From: Heterodontus francisci
Lineage: Eukaryota
Assembly (NCBI RefSeq): GCF_036365525.1
Contig: NC_090380.1
Location: forward strand, 60,478,712 to 60,542,711
DNA length: 64,000 nt
Reading direction: 5' to 3'
In this document: positions 37,839 through 49,642 of the stretch, in pieces
Numbering within the stretch: the stretch's first letter is position 1
Layout: every line of letters starts with the position of its first letter
Position numbers and translations under genes: made by a program
The notes under the pieces: generated by a model
Database searches by the model: none
Seen by the model: only the letters and a program-made list of their open reading frames with translations
What the model was told of the DNA's origin: nothing

Positions 37839-39292
37839 CAGGGTGGGCACATCTGGGTATAGATATTGTATGGGGGTGGAAATAAATGCTCAAGAAACTA
37901 ACAATTAAAATAAAGATAAATTTTGGCACAAATAAACATATTCTAATTATACCATTGTCATGCAGGCCCCCACCTGCCAAGAACGAGGCATATTAATTTT
38001 GTCATATGAACATTGATTTTAAACTGTTGCTGGGAAGAAGAGAAGGCCTATTACAAGGGCTGCCAAACAGTTTGCTTAAATATGTTTGCATACTAACAGA
38101 CAGTGCTTGTGGAGACAAAAGGACCATTCCCTGACACATTCAACCCACAATGGATTTTGATCATCTGGCATTGAAGGTGTAAGGAAGAGCAATCCAGAGA
38201 CTGCTAAGGTGATATAATCCACAAAAACCATGACTGGTTGAACCAGCTGGTCACATGACTAACTGGCTGGTCCAGGGTTTTTAGAACCAGCCACAGATTT
38301 TTTGAACTCAGAAAAAGACTATTTTCTCCTGGAGTGAGAAGACCTCTCCTGTCTGCTCCCATCTCTTTCTCACAAGCCTCTGGACGCACTGAGGACACAT
38401 GAACTTCAAGACAGAAAAGTCTCCTACATTGAACAAGGTTTTAGAAGAATACTGGGCCCCAACGAAAAGCAAGACCTACCTACAATCAAGGACTTTTTAG
38501 CGGGCTCGAAGAACAGTAACCAAAACCATCTTCAGATATTGCCTCAAACTTTTCCTCTTTATTTCTTCTGCTCTTTTCTGTCTCTATCTGCATGTGTGTA
38601 TCGCATATGCAAACTAGCGTGGGCATGTCGCGTATTCCTAGGCATGAACTGAATTAGAGTTTAAGTTTAATAAAGTTCAACCTTTTTTCTTTAAACCTAA
38701 GAAAGCCTGTTTGGCTAGTTTTTTTGCCTTATCATTGGATGTTAGTGAACAAGGATTCATCAAGGGGGAGCTAAAAAAAAATGTGTTTAAAATTAAACCC
38801 TGTTACAGTAAGACCAGGTGAGGGCTGAAAGGGAACCCTAAACCCCTTTCTCACCTGGTCGTAACACCATCAAAATGATGCATTACAATAATGAAACCAA
38901 ATGTAACCCCTTTTTCACATCCTCTTGGCTTAATGTGAACAATGCAGTTGGTCACCCCTTTTTACAATGGCATCAAAGTCCAATGTCATTCTTGTTGTGA
39001 AAATTTGCAATAAGGATCTGAGATGCTGGTCAGTTAACCATTCACTGAGATACCCAAGCCAAAATGTTAAATAAATCTTTGGTTCCCAGTGCATCACTTA
39101 ATCACAGCCAAAACAGCATTTGATGTTCTGACCTAAACAAATATTTGAATTGATAGATACTTTCAAGCTATTTGCTGAGAAGGGTATTTAATCACTTGAA
39201 TTTTGGAGTATACTTCCTGTGGTAATTTGACCCCTTAGTGTAGCCGTGGGCTGGAACAAAAGCTCCTGTGGGCTGTAGTTTGCCCATCCCTG
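37839..39292. mobile_element. Non-autonomous hAT (Charlie-like) DNA transposon
   Basis: TIRs CAGGG-TGGGCA / TGCCCATCCCTG; 8-bp TSD CTCAATAT/CTCTATAT. Confidence 0.75.
37956..38866 (+). mobile_element. Solo LTR (Gypsy-like)
   Basis: TGTCATG...CGTAACA, perfect 4-bp TSD CCAT (37952-37955, 38867-38870); related to 7009-7999. Confidence 0.88.
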
Positions 39293-40688
39293 CTCTATAT
39301 CCTTTCTATAATATGGTGCCAGAACTTCACGCAGTACTCTGAGTGTGGTCTAACAAAGGTTTGATACAGGTTTAGCATAACCTCCCTTTATTGAATTCTA
39401 TCCCTCTGGAAATAAAACCTAGTGCTTGGTTTGCTTTTTTTATGGCCTTGCTAACGTGTGGTGCAACAGCGATTGCTGTATTTGTACTCCAAGATCCCTT
39501 TGCTCAAATACCTCACCTAGACTCATACCTTCCAAGTAACAAGTGACCTTCATTTTCTTCCAACCAAAATGTTCTACCTCACATTTATCCACATTGCACT
39601 TCATTTGCCAATTATTTGCCCATTCTACAAGTTTATTAATGTCTTCCTGTAATTTGTTTCAATATTCTCTTCAATATTGACTATTTGTTCCCCCGACCCC
39701 CCCAATTTGCTGTCATCCACAAATTTGGAAATTGTGTTTTTGATTCCAAAATCCAAATCATTGTGTAAATTATGAGCAGCCGTGGTCCCAGCACTGATCC
39801 TTGTGGAACACCACTTCCCACCTTCTGCCCCTCTGAATAACTACCTTTTACTCCCACTCTCCACTTTCTGTCTTGAAGCCAGCTAGAAATCCTTTCAGCC
39901 ACTTTTCCCTTGACTCCACATTCTCTGACCTTATTCGTTAGTCTATTATGGGGCACCTTATCAAAGGTCTTTTGAAAATCCAGATAAATTACATCTACAT
40001 TAAAGTGCACCTAATGTGGAAATCGGACAAATTGGTAATTTTAGTTAAAATAATCAGGGGTTTATACTGGCTTCACACTGTATAATAAACATATACATTG
40101 TAGGCAACCCCTTTGGGATTTCTCAATTGCTGCCAATCTTGTAAGTGCAAACTCTTGTGGTTTTGCAGGTCTGAAGTAATTATTTAACAATGTGAAATAG
40201 GAGGCAGTTTTCAGTCAAATCTGATTACTGTAGTTACATGAGGGGTGTCAGAAAGCAATATATAGCTAGAACTGCAACTTCCTGCCCAGGACAGAGCTGT
40301 GTCACAAACATGTATACAGCATCACTCTCACAAACTCAATCTAAATATTTAGCTAGTGCAGGCATTTAAATGAATTCTTGGTAGGTTTATGTGTCAAATG
40401 AGAGTCAAGTCTTTTTCTTTAAATTTGATCACCTTCCTAGTCCTGTCAAACCCAAGAGGCATGAAACTAGCTAGTCTAGAGTCAAGTCAAGCCATAATTT
40501 ATAGCTTTACTAGGAAATAGAAATCCCTTTGCAGCTACCATTAATTACTGAACATGCACCCTTTAAAATAACTTCCATTAGTGATGGTGAGTACTGTGAA
40601 GTGTATATAACACACACACACACACTGAGACCAAATCTGACTGCAAGCAAAAGCATTTTACTGGTATAATAGCTTTATTACTGGTACA

Positions 40689-40985
40689 TGAAGTCCTGTG
40701 ACATTGACCACAAGTCCTGGGAGTCAGTTGCCAGTGATTGCCAGAGCTGGGGACAGCCATAAAGGTGGGGCCAAAGAGTGGCGAGTGGAAGAGACTTAGC
40801 AGTTGGCAGCAAAAAAGAAAGTGCAAGGAGAGAGCCAACTGTGCAACAGCCCCGGCAACCAATTTTATCTGCAGCGCCTGTGGAAGAGTCTGTCACTCTA
40901 GAATTGGCCTTTGTAGCCACTACAGGTGCTGCTCCACAAACCCTGCTTACCCATTGTTTCTCGAGACAAGGAGGCCAAAGAGAGA
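40689..40985 (+). mobile_element. RTE-clade LINE 3' fragment
   Basis: C-terminal C2H2-like motif FICSACGRVCHSRIGLCSH; 9-bp TSD ACTGGTACA (40680-40688, 40986-40994). Confidence 0.8.
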
Positions 40986-41399
40986 ACTGGTACAACTAAA
41001 ACGTCTGAATCGAAGATTATTGTAGGTCGGAATAGTCCAAATGTAACATGCTGTACTACTAACCTCGACTGAGAAGAGTATATTTCTAAATACGCTCTCC
41101 AACAAACTGTTTACACCTGATAAGCACTTGGCCACGAATTTTATCTGTAATCCTGTGCTATTTAAGTACAATGTGTCAATCATTTGAATTCGACTTGAGT
41201 CGCGCTTGCTTTTAACGAAATAATTGATCACAATTTTCAATGCGAGAACAAGTCGAGGAACAACACACCGGTTCTCTTGCGCTATTTAGTTCAGATGTGT
41301 GTGAAATGTGCGAGGCAGCTGAATTTATTTCTCTCAATAGCCGTTTCATCAACTTTCCTATAAATCGAGACAAATGGTGATTTATCTGACCCACAAGAA

Positions 41400-41956
41400 A
41401 TTCGTAATTACCGGAAGTATTACGTGTATTTGGACTGGAACAATCTATAGTTTTCCAATATATCTAAATGAAACGAAATCATATTAACAGTTGGACGAAA
41501 TAAATCGAGAATCGGAAGCACGATTCTACATATATACTTCTAAATTATGGGCTGTTTTATTTCCGTGTCAAGATATTATCACCTGAAATACTATGTCCCA
41601 TTCGTTAATTAGAACATATATAACACCACAACATGGAAATTCTGATCTGGCAAATAGTAAAGCCCGTAATTTAAAAGCTTTACTTGAAATATATTTCCCC
41701 CATAAGCACAGATAGTCAGATGAACACTGACTCGCCCTACGTGCCGTACAGTGACCATCATTGCCACCCCGCCTGACTTTCGCTTACCACGTACTGAGCC
41801 AGTTATTGCAGACAGTTGGCAGTTTGGTTTTGTAACTCGCCCCTGCTTTCCTCTAACCACTATCTGAGCTGAGGCGAGAATCATTAGCAGAAGCACGGAG
41901 ATTAAGATAACTGCAATTGTTCTGTAACGGATTGAAAGTGTAGGATTGGTTCCGTG
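41400..41956 (+). promoter_or_regulatory. Putative promoter/5' UTR of the Ig-domain gene
   Basis: CpG-retaining unique DNA; ETS ACCGGAAGT 41410-41418, GAAACGAAA 41470-41478, ACCACA 41625-41630, GC box CCCCGCC 41767-41773. Confidence 0.45.
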
Positions 41957-42011
41957 ATGAGCTGGTCAAGAAAAGCCCTGAGAGCGACACTATACAGCTG
42001 CTGGCTGCAAG
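41957..42011 (+). CDS. IgV membrane protein exon 1 (signal peptide start)
   Basis: ATG, MSWSRKALRATLYSCWLQ, phase-1 donor G|GTAACT; 99-bp intron ending TCTCTTTCAG. Confidence 0.75.
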
Positions 42012-42110
42012 GTAACTCCCTGCCGACCTGTCACTTCTGTTAACCTCGTCCCTCTACTGTGACCTGTTGGACTAATTCTGTTACCTAACCCTGTGTACGA
42101 TCTCTTTCAG

Positions 42111-42458
42111 CTGTACTGCAAGTAGCGGCCACTGAAACCAGCCCCAAGGTGGCAAATGGAACGGTTAATGGGACCATATTGCTGGCAGCACCAGCCGCGA
42201 TCATTGCTGAACAGATACAAGCTGTAGAGTGGAAGTATGTGAACTTTACAACATCGCGCTCTATCGTCAAATTGATGTTGGATGAAGGCAACCAGAAACC
42301 ACATGTGTTCGGCGATTACTCGCGCCGGGTTCACATCTACCCGAACGGCTCGCTCTCCTTGCGAAATGTGAGGCGAAACGATTCCGGGAACTATTCCTGC
42401 ACTGTCACAGATCAGAGTGGAAGAGAATCCACCGAGTACACCATAGTGAATGTGATCG
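42111..42458 (+). CDS. IgV membrane protein exon 2 (V-set domain, VSTM5/HEPACAM/CD2-family-like)
   Basis: 348-nt phase 1-1 exon; C-strand W (VEWKY), RVHIYPNGSLSLRNVRRNDSGNYSC; donor G|GTGAGT. Confidence 0.92.
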
Positions 42459-44414
42459 GTGAGTTTTAAACGAATTTTAAGCATGAATTATTTCATAAAA
42501 CTATTGGGGAAACATAATTGTAAATTGTCAGAAACTTCCGCAATGCCTGTACATGTAAAATTACTTAGGAAGGCCTTACCTTAATTCCCTGGAACTAAAT
42601 CCTATCGTTGTAGAACAAAATGTTTTTGACATTTTTAAGACGCCTTGGCTTGGGACTCTCAGTTTGCATAAACCAGGTGGTCTGTGCAAAGTAGACCAAT
42701 GATCCCCAGTCCCGAAAACTTAGTCGCCAAATCATCACTTCCCAGTTTCATAAGTGTAATGGTTTCAGAGGAAGCTGTACTGGAACAGAGACTGGGTTAA
42801 ACAGTAAAGCTGTGACTCTCCCACTCAACCCCCTTCCACTGCTGCTGGCTATTGGGAACCCGGGAGCGCTGGATTTATTCTAGTATTTATCCCTCGAACT
42901 ATCTGTCTTTGATATGCTGCGGCAAGTCACAACTTTTAAAGCCTAGTCTTTCATCTAGAAATATTAGAGATTGACCTCGTTATTTTGTCATCATGAATAA
43001 TTTTTAAGTTATTGTGATAATGTATCAATTATCGTATTTCATAATTCGAGTTACATAGACACGGGCTATATAGTGTTGAATACAATTTTCAAAGCTCCAT
43101 GTATCTGCCTGACAGAAACCAGTGAGAATCGGAGCACTTCTGTCTTTGGCGCTTCTGGTTTTTCTAACCAATCCATCAGTTTTATCCTGGGATATCCCAG
43201 TTGGAGCAACAAAACAAATCTACAGGTGACCGCTATTTTTTTTAAAGGCATTAGGAAGAACATAAATTAAAACACGCATTTAACAAAACAAAAGGAAAGT
43301 TATAAAACTAAATGATATTATTACAGACATCTATATATAACACATTCCAGTGCTCAGCATTCGAGGGTGGGGCACTTTTACAGTTTAAATCACAGGAGTT
43401 TACAGTTCTCCCAGTCAGAAAATAAAACTCTGAATGTAAACATGTGAGCCCAGTGGAAGGATCTCTGTCCTAAATACAAAGGTGTCAAAGATTCAACGAA
43501 AAAGCATGTACCTGTGCTTTTTCTGAGGTACATGTACCTTACTGTACCTGTGCAAGCAGCACGAAGGATTGCCAAAGGAATACCAGTTCGATTGCATTAA
43601 GATTAAAATTATCTGTCATTGAGACAAGTGGTTAGGTCAGTCCTTTAAATGACTCACTCACAGTCATCTACACCTCCCCATGTCTGGCTTTTTAAGGGTC
43701 GATACATAAAATTCTCATCGACAATTTATTATTTTGAGTTCTCTTTTGTTATTGGATTTCACACCTCTCTCCATTTTCATCCCTTCCCTAAATGTAACTA
43801 AATTACGGCCATTATTTTCTTTTGTGGGTCGGAAAAGAACCAGCAGTGCTGGAAGCCGCAGTATTCTGCTTTTGTCTGGTTGCCTTGGTGTAACGATTGC
43901 CTAGCTAGGAAAACCCCACGCAATATTTAAAGGTTAAAGCGGGTTTCTTAAATCCTGTAAAGGTTATCGTTTTTCGGCTGATAAATAAGCGACAGGCCAC
44001 TTTAAATGGTGAGAATAGTACTTTCCATATTTCGCAGTTTGCTGGGGGTGGCGGGTGAGCTCCAGCTTTCCCCTCCAAGTTACGGCAGAGTCCGCCTGCC
44101 CGCCCGAAATTCATTCGCAAGTGGCCACCGCTGCAGCGATCAGACCAGGGGTAAGCCAGCGGGAGAAAACTGGGGGGCGGGAGAGAGTCAGGGGCACTAA
44201 TCTGTAGGGTGGAGTGTAGAATTTGGAGAAGTAAGAGCAAGAAAGTTACCACAAGGGAAAAAAAACAGAGTGGCCGCACAGGCTGAAGGAAGAGAAGGAA
44301 AATAGGGTGAGCACTGGACAAAGGGATATTTTCCCTCTGTTTTGAGCCTGTCTACCTGTCTACGTATCTCACACAAAGTAGATCATTTTATTAAAATTCG
44401 TCAATTTTATATAG

Positions 44415-44771
44415 TATGGTGACGTAATGCTTATGATATTGGACTAATGTTCCAGACAACGAGTTCAAATCCCACTATGGCAATTTGAGAATTTGGATTC
44501 AGTTTAAATAAAAGGCTGGTGTAATTAAAAGTGACCATCTCAAGTTGTTGGATTATTCGAGAAACCCCAACTGGTACAGTAATGTCCCTTCAGGAAGCAA
44601 ACCTGCTGTCCTTACCCGGTCGCCGGTATGTGACTCCAGTCCACGCCAATGTGGTTGACTCTCAACTGGCTTGCTAGCAGACGGCATTCGGTTGTATCAA
44701 ATGGCGACATGAATTGCAACTCCTTCTCCGGGCAACTAAGGAGCCACCTTTCCCATGATATTAAACAAAAA
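44415..44771 (+). mobile_element. Old LINE-B-related tRNA SINE (intron 2)
   Basis: GAGTTCAAATCCC B box, body TAATGTCCCTTCAGGAAG..GTCCTTACC..GTGACTCCAG..AATGTGGTTGACTC, degenerate LINE-B tail. Confidence 0.7.
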
Positions 44772-46108
44772 TAATTGGTTTCAGCAAGCAGAAACCAAAT
44801 GTTGTGGGCATCTGCATGGGCCTCTGGTGTTCCTGCTATCATTTTATGAGTGGCTGCTCCAATGCCAACAAGTTCTCCTTTTTCTAACTTTGTGAGAGGG
44901 AAATGTGCTGATGATTCTGCCAGGTATGTTTGCGTTATCACTGCGTCCTGTTTTGGACGGCTAACATTTGTGCACTGCTTTCTCACATAAGCTGCTTTGC
45001 TTCTTAGATTTAATAAGGTACTAGTACTATTAAATATGTCTGCACAGTGGTCTGCCTTAATGAATTCACATGTTTAATTAGAGGTTGCTGATGCCTGTGC
45101 AAGACCTGTGCAGGAGGAACCAGCAGCACAAGCACCCTGTTAATTGTAATATAAAAGCATCATTATACTTGGGCATTGGCTGCAATTTTATAAGGTGATT
45201 CGCCAACAGCAAACATTATGGGTTGAATTCCCCAATTCTCTGTTATCCCGACTTAATCATAATCCATATTTTCATTGTTTGTTTCTTGGAACTAGGGGTT
45301 GTTTGCACTATAGAGTATATCTCATGGGTGAAAACCCATGCAACTGCAGTCGGCTACACTCCGATAGTGTAGAGTTTTTATGGCCTGACTAAAGTGACGG
45401 TTGCGGTTTATCAGATTATTGTGCATGAAGTTCAAATAGATCAGGATACTGTCAGATTTGCGCATTAACCAAGCAGCTGATGCCGAACATATCTGCAAGT
45501 TCTTTTTATATTTCACATTTGCAGCTCTGGCAGCTATAGTTATTTTACTCAGTCCACTTTTTCAAAATGGCAAACGTTTGGTAAGTACAAATACAGTTCC
45601 ATTTATATTGCTAAAAACATGTCTAGTCCATCTGATTAATCTCCTCAGTGAGTGTACAGTCCTGGAGATTTCATTGCTCTGTGGATCAATTGCCAAATCT
45701 GATAGGATTTGTCCATCGAAAAACAACAATCATGACAGAGGGCCAACCAATGGGAATTGACTGGTTAGCAATAAAAACATTTTGGCTGCAAGAAACCCTC
45801 AAAATCATCACTTGCCACTGGCCTCAGCTGCTGCTGATCTTCCTAACAATCTTCTACAGGACTGTGCTCACCTCCTCAGTAGCCTTACTCAGCTTCCACT
45901 TGCTGCCCAGTCTTCAGATTTTCTCCACTGGTCTTGACCTATGAGCAAAACCATGGGAGATCAACTAACCATCATTAAAAATGCAAATTACCTACACTTC
46001 AAGATATCTTGTACATCTGATAGTAGCCTAATTCACAAAAATATGTATCTGTAACAAGATGTCCATCCATGTTTATTATTGATTCCTTATAACCATTGTC
46101 ACTTTCAG

Positions 46109-46165
46109 ATGGAGAAAAGACTCTAACTAATCAAACTCATTATGGGAAAACAAATGAAGCCAATG
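46109..46165 (+). CDS. IgV membrane protein exon 3 (stalk)
   Basis: CTTTCAG acceptor, 57 nt in frame (DGEKTLTNQTHYGKTNEAN), donor G|GTAAGA. Confidence 0.7.
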
Positions 46166-46870
46166 GTAAGAATGCTGTTTGATCAGCAGACTGATCTTTT
46201 GTGTAAAACCAATGTGATGTGATTTTCCCAAAAGTTCTAAAATCAGAAATAGCAACCTAAACTTCTAAAATAATGCTTGGGATGTTATAAGTTAATACAT
46301 AAGAAAAGACAATGTTTCTATTACTTCTGATATTCTATTCTTATTTCTGCCAACCTCTAAAAGCTACCTCCCAAAACTTCTAACCCTCTCTCCAATCCCC
46401 TTTATTCATTTGTTTGAAATATATAGAGGAAGTTGCAGCCTTTTGACTAAACTCAAAGACATTTATATCCTTTACCACAGTCTATATGATACAAAGCCCA
46501 AAGCAAGGTTTGAGCTCTTACGTAGGTGGACAATTCAGCAGTGTACGGAAGGCATGCTGTACTGTTGGAGGTGTTTAACCTGAATCTCGGTCAGCATGTA
46601 GACAAGTGCATATGCACAGGCCTCCATTTTCCCTGGTCAAAGAGTCAATAGTTGTAGCTACCAATATAACTCACTTTATATAAGTGCTAGTCTGAGATCA
46701 GAATGTATGATAAGAATGTCCATTAATACCCGATTACAAAAAAGTAAATTGCACAACTGCTGCTGGAACAGGTACGAATCTCTGTCCTATTGAACTATTG
46801 TCACCTTTATTTATGAAATATCTGTTTGAACCCACCTGCTGTCATCAAATATCCTTGATTTTTTTTTTAG

Positions 46871-46990
46871 GTTACTGCATGGAAAATTGTGTTTACTTAG
46901 GTGTATTCTCTGGAGCAGGAGTACTGGTCATCATAGCTATTTTAATATGGACTTGTGTGAGATGTCATAGGGCAAGGTCAAGCAGGCAAG
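46871..46990 (+). CDS. IgV membrane protein exon 4 (transmembrane)
   Basis: Poly-T AG acceptor, GYCMENCVYLGVFSGAGVLVIIAILIWTCVRCHRARSSRQ, donor G|GTAAGT, 120 nt phase 1-1. Confidence 0.88.
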
Positions 46991-47142
46991 GTAAGTGAAG
47001 ACGAAGTAAAAATATATAGGTAAATTATTAAGAGAGCAAAAAAATGGATTCCATGCTAAGTAAAAATTAGAGACAAAAAGTTTATTGAAAATAAAACATT
47101 AATTAAACTCTTTTTTTAAAAATCTGTAATTTCAAAAAAGTA

Positions 47143-47477
47143 AGCTAGTATCAGTAAAATAAATTAAAGCAGTCAGATTGTCGCAACAACCCAACTAGTT
47201 CACTAATGCCCTTTAGTGAATCACAGAATTGTTACAGCACAGAAGGAAGCCATTCAGGCCATTGTGTCTGCCTGCTGTCCTTACCTGGTCTCTATGAACT
47301 CTAGTACCACACCAATGTTAGCTGCCCTCTGAAGTCATCTAGCAAGCCATTCAGTTTTATCAAGCTACTATGTGGTTCAAGAAGAAGGCCCACCATCACC
47401 TTCTCCGGGTAACTAGAGATGGGTAATAAATGTTGGCCTTGCTAGCAATATCCACATCCAAGAATTAATTAAAAAAC
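47143..47477 (+). mobile_element. LINE-B-related SINE with a longer 3' LINE segment (intron 4)
   Basis: Body ..CTAGCAAGCCATTCAGTT followed by GTGGTTCAAGAAG..CACCATCACCTTCTC..AATAAATGTTGGCC. Confidence 0.7.
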
Positions 47478-48814
47478 AGCCAATAATGTAAATGCCATAA
47501 CATAATTTATTATTGCCTATGACCAAAATTCCCACACTGCATTCTATTCCTAAAATGTGGGCTACTAATTAAACAATTGCTATATCAATACAGATTTGCT
47601 GAAAGACTATGAATGACAGCACAAAGAATTGGGGAGGAAATATTTAAAAGTCTTCAAGTGTTAACTTCTGCAAGGAGTCTCTCCCAGGTCTGCCCTAACT
47701 TTGGCGGAAGACCTGCGGAAAACTCCCACAGAAATGCACCCTCTTTTTTTTTTACAAGAGAACAATTTGCATTTATATAGTACTGTTAACATGACACAGG
47801 CATAAATAGGCAAAATGGAGACCGAGCCAGTGAAGTTATAATAGATATTAGGAGAGATGACCAAAAGCTTGAGCACAGATGGGAGTTTTAAGGAGGAGAG
47901 GGAGGTGGAGAGGTTTAAAACAATAAATGCACTAAAGCAATAAAAGTAAACATTATCAGGATTGGATAAATTTGAAAAGCTAAGTTATTCACTTCCTGAC
48001 AGTTAATTTTTATCAATAAAGTGCCGAGATCCCACAGGGGCAGTAAAAAGTGTTTTATTTTTAAATGATTTGCATCACTGTATTTGCTGCTAGTGATTTC
48101 CCAATTCCATTTCATGCAGAATCCTTACAGCATTTTTGCACAACTCAGTAACTCACTCATAATCACCTATGACTGTAATGGCTTTGAAAAATGGAACTTT
48201 AAAATTTACAGATGTTTCTGAAATTTTCTACAGAATAATATATAGTTAAATTATCAATGATAATTTGTTGCAATGATACATTGTAAATAATCTCTTGTAA
48301 GTATTAGAGTAGCATTGTAAACTAATAGTAATATAAATAAACACAACCATACATCAAATAATATTTTGTGCAATTTTGTTGTCACGTCTTCGCTATGTTG
48401 TATTGTTCATCAGACTGGTTGTTGTATAGCTTTGGAAAATACAGAAGACATCATAGACCACAACCACAGACATCTCGTGGGCTGATGAACCACAAACACT
48501 GCTCGCCAATATTTTTCATAATGCTGATTACACAAATATGTAAACTAGTACGCATACATGGAAAGAATAAAGCAATTATCTCAGACTCCATACAATGTAA
48601 TAGACTTTAAAATGGCGTGCTGCATAACAAGTAAACCCAGCAGACGACTCATACTGAGAGTGCAAAATAACTCATTCTATCAATGTCTGCACCTGTAAAT
48701 GTCATGTAAGCAAGATGTACGACTGCATCAGATTATATACCATTTTGAATTTCTGAAGAAAATACCCTTTATTTTCTTGTAGTAGATACAATAAATGGAA
48801 TAATTCACATACAT

Positions 48815-48920
48815 AAGCAAAATACTGTGGATGCTGGGAATCTGAAATAAAGACAGAAAATGCTGGAAATACTCAGCAGGTCAGGCAGCATCTGTGGAGA
48901 GAAAAATGACTTTTCATCAT
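48815..48920 (-). mobile_element. Penelope-like pLTR fragment
   Basis: AAGCAAAATACTG..CTCAGCAGGTCAGGCAGCATCTGTGGAGAG matches 59070-59160. Confidence 0.75.
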
Positions 48921-49171
48921 TTATATACATATTTGATATTTAGTACTAACCCAAAATGATGTGGAAGCAGAGTGTAATTATTTAGAAAAAATAACATAAT
49001 TCTAAGATATCACGAATTGAAGTATGGCATTTCAAAATCATACTGACATGTAAGATGCACTGAGGGGAATTTTAACCCCAAAAAGTGGACGGATTTAGAT
49101 CGGGTTGGGAGATTAAAGTGTTAAAAATCTAAATCCTGAGTCCAACCTGCCACTCACCCGTCCACTTCTGT

Positions 49172-49642
49172 GCCAGTGTCAGCTGTGCTCAGTTGTTGGC
49201 ACTTGCAGCTGAGTCAGAAAGTTGTGGGTTCAAGTACCACTCCAGAGACTTGAGCACACAACAAGTTGGCTGACATTTCAATGCAGTACTAAGGTTGTGC
49301 TGCACTGTCAAAGGTGTTGTCTTTCAGATGAGTTGTTAAACCAAGGCCCTGTCTGCTCTTTCAGGTGACTGTAAAAAATCCTATGTGCTATTTTGAAGAA
49401 AAGCAGGGGAGATAATCCTAGTGACCTGGTCAATGTTAATCTTTCAATCAACATCACAAAAACAGATTACATAGTGGTTAATACATTGCTGTTTGTGGGA
49501 GCTTGCTGTGTTTAAACTGGCTGTTGTGTTTCCTGCATTCCAACAGTGACTATGCTTCAAAAAGTACTTCATTGGCTGGAAAGCACTTTGGCACATCTTG
49601 AGGTCATGGAAGGCATGAAATAAATGCAAGGCTTTCTTTCTA
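49172..49642 (+). mobile_element. SacSINE1-like DeuSINE
   Basis: tRNA head (GGGTTCAAGTACC), Deu-domain-like GTCTTTCAGATGAG..TTAAACCAAGGCCCTGTCTG, tail ATTGCTGTTTGTGGGA..AAGTACTTCATTGGCTG..ATAAATGCAAG. Confidence 0.85.

Larger units (their letters stand above)
36680..40003 (-). mobile_element. Old CR1 3' half hosting nested insertions
   Basis: [23 protein letters not shown] at 39681-40010; the CR1 sequence rejoins across 37031-37709 and 37839-39292. Confidence 0.8.

Noticed and set aside
40580-41200. Possible minus-strand LTR around the RTE insert (similar hints at ~11277-11610 and ~57250-57867)
   Set aside because: TATA- or polyA-like signals are present, but matching termini and TSDs could not be defined.
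41609-41896. Divergent gene first exon on the - strand
   Set aside because: No downstream exons or recognisable protein motif could be linked to it.
48368-48610. Extra cytoplasmic exon of the Ig gene
   Set aside because: Weak splice sites and an implausible translation.
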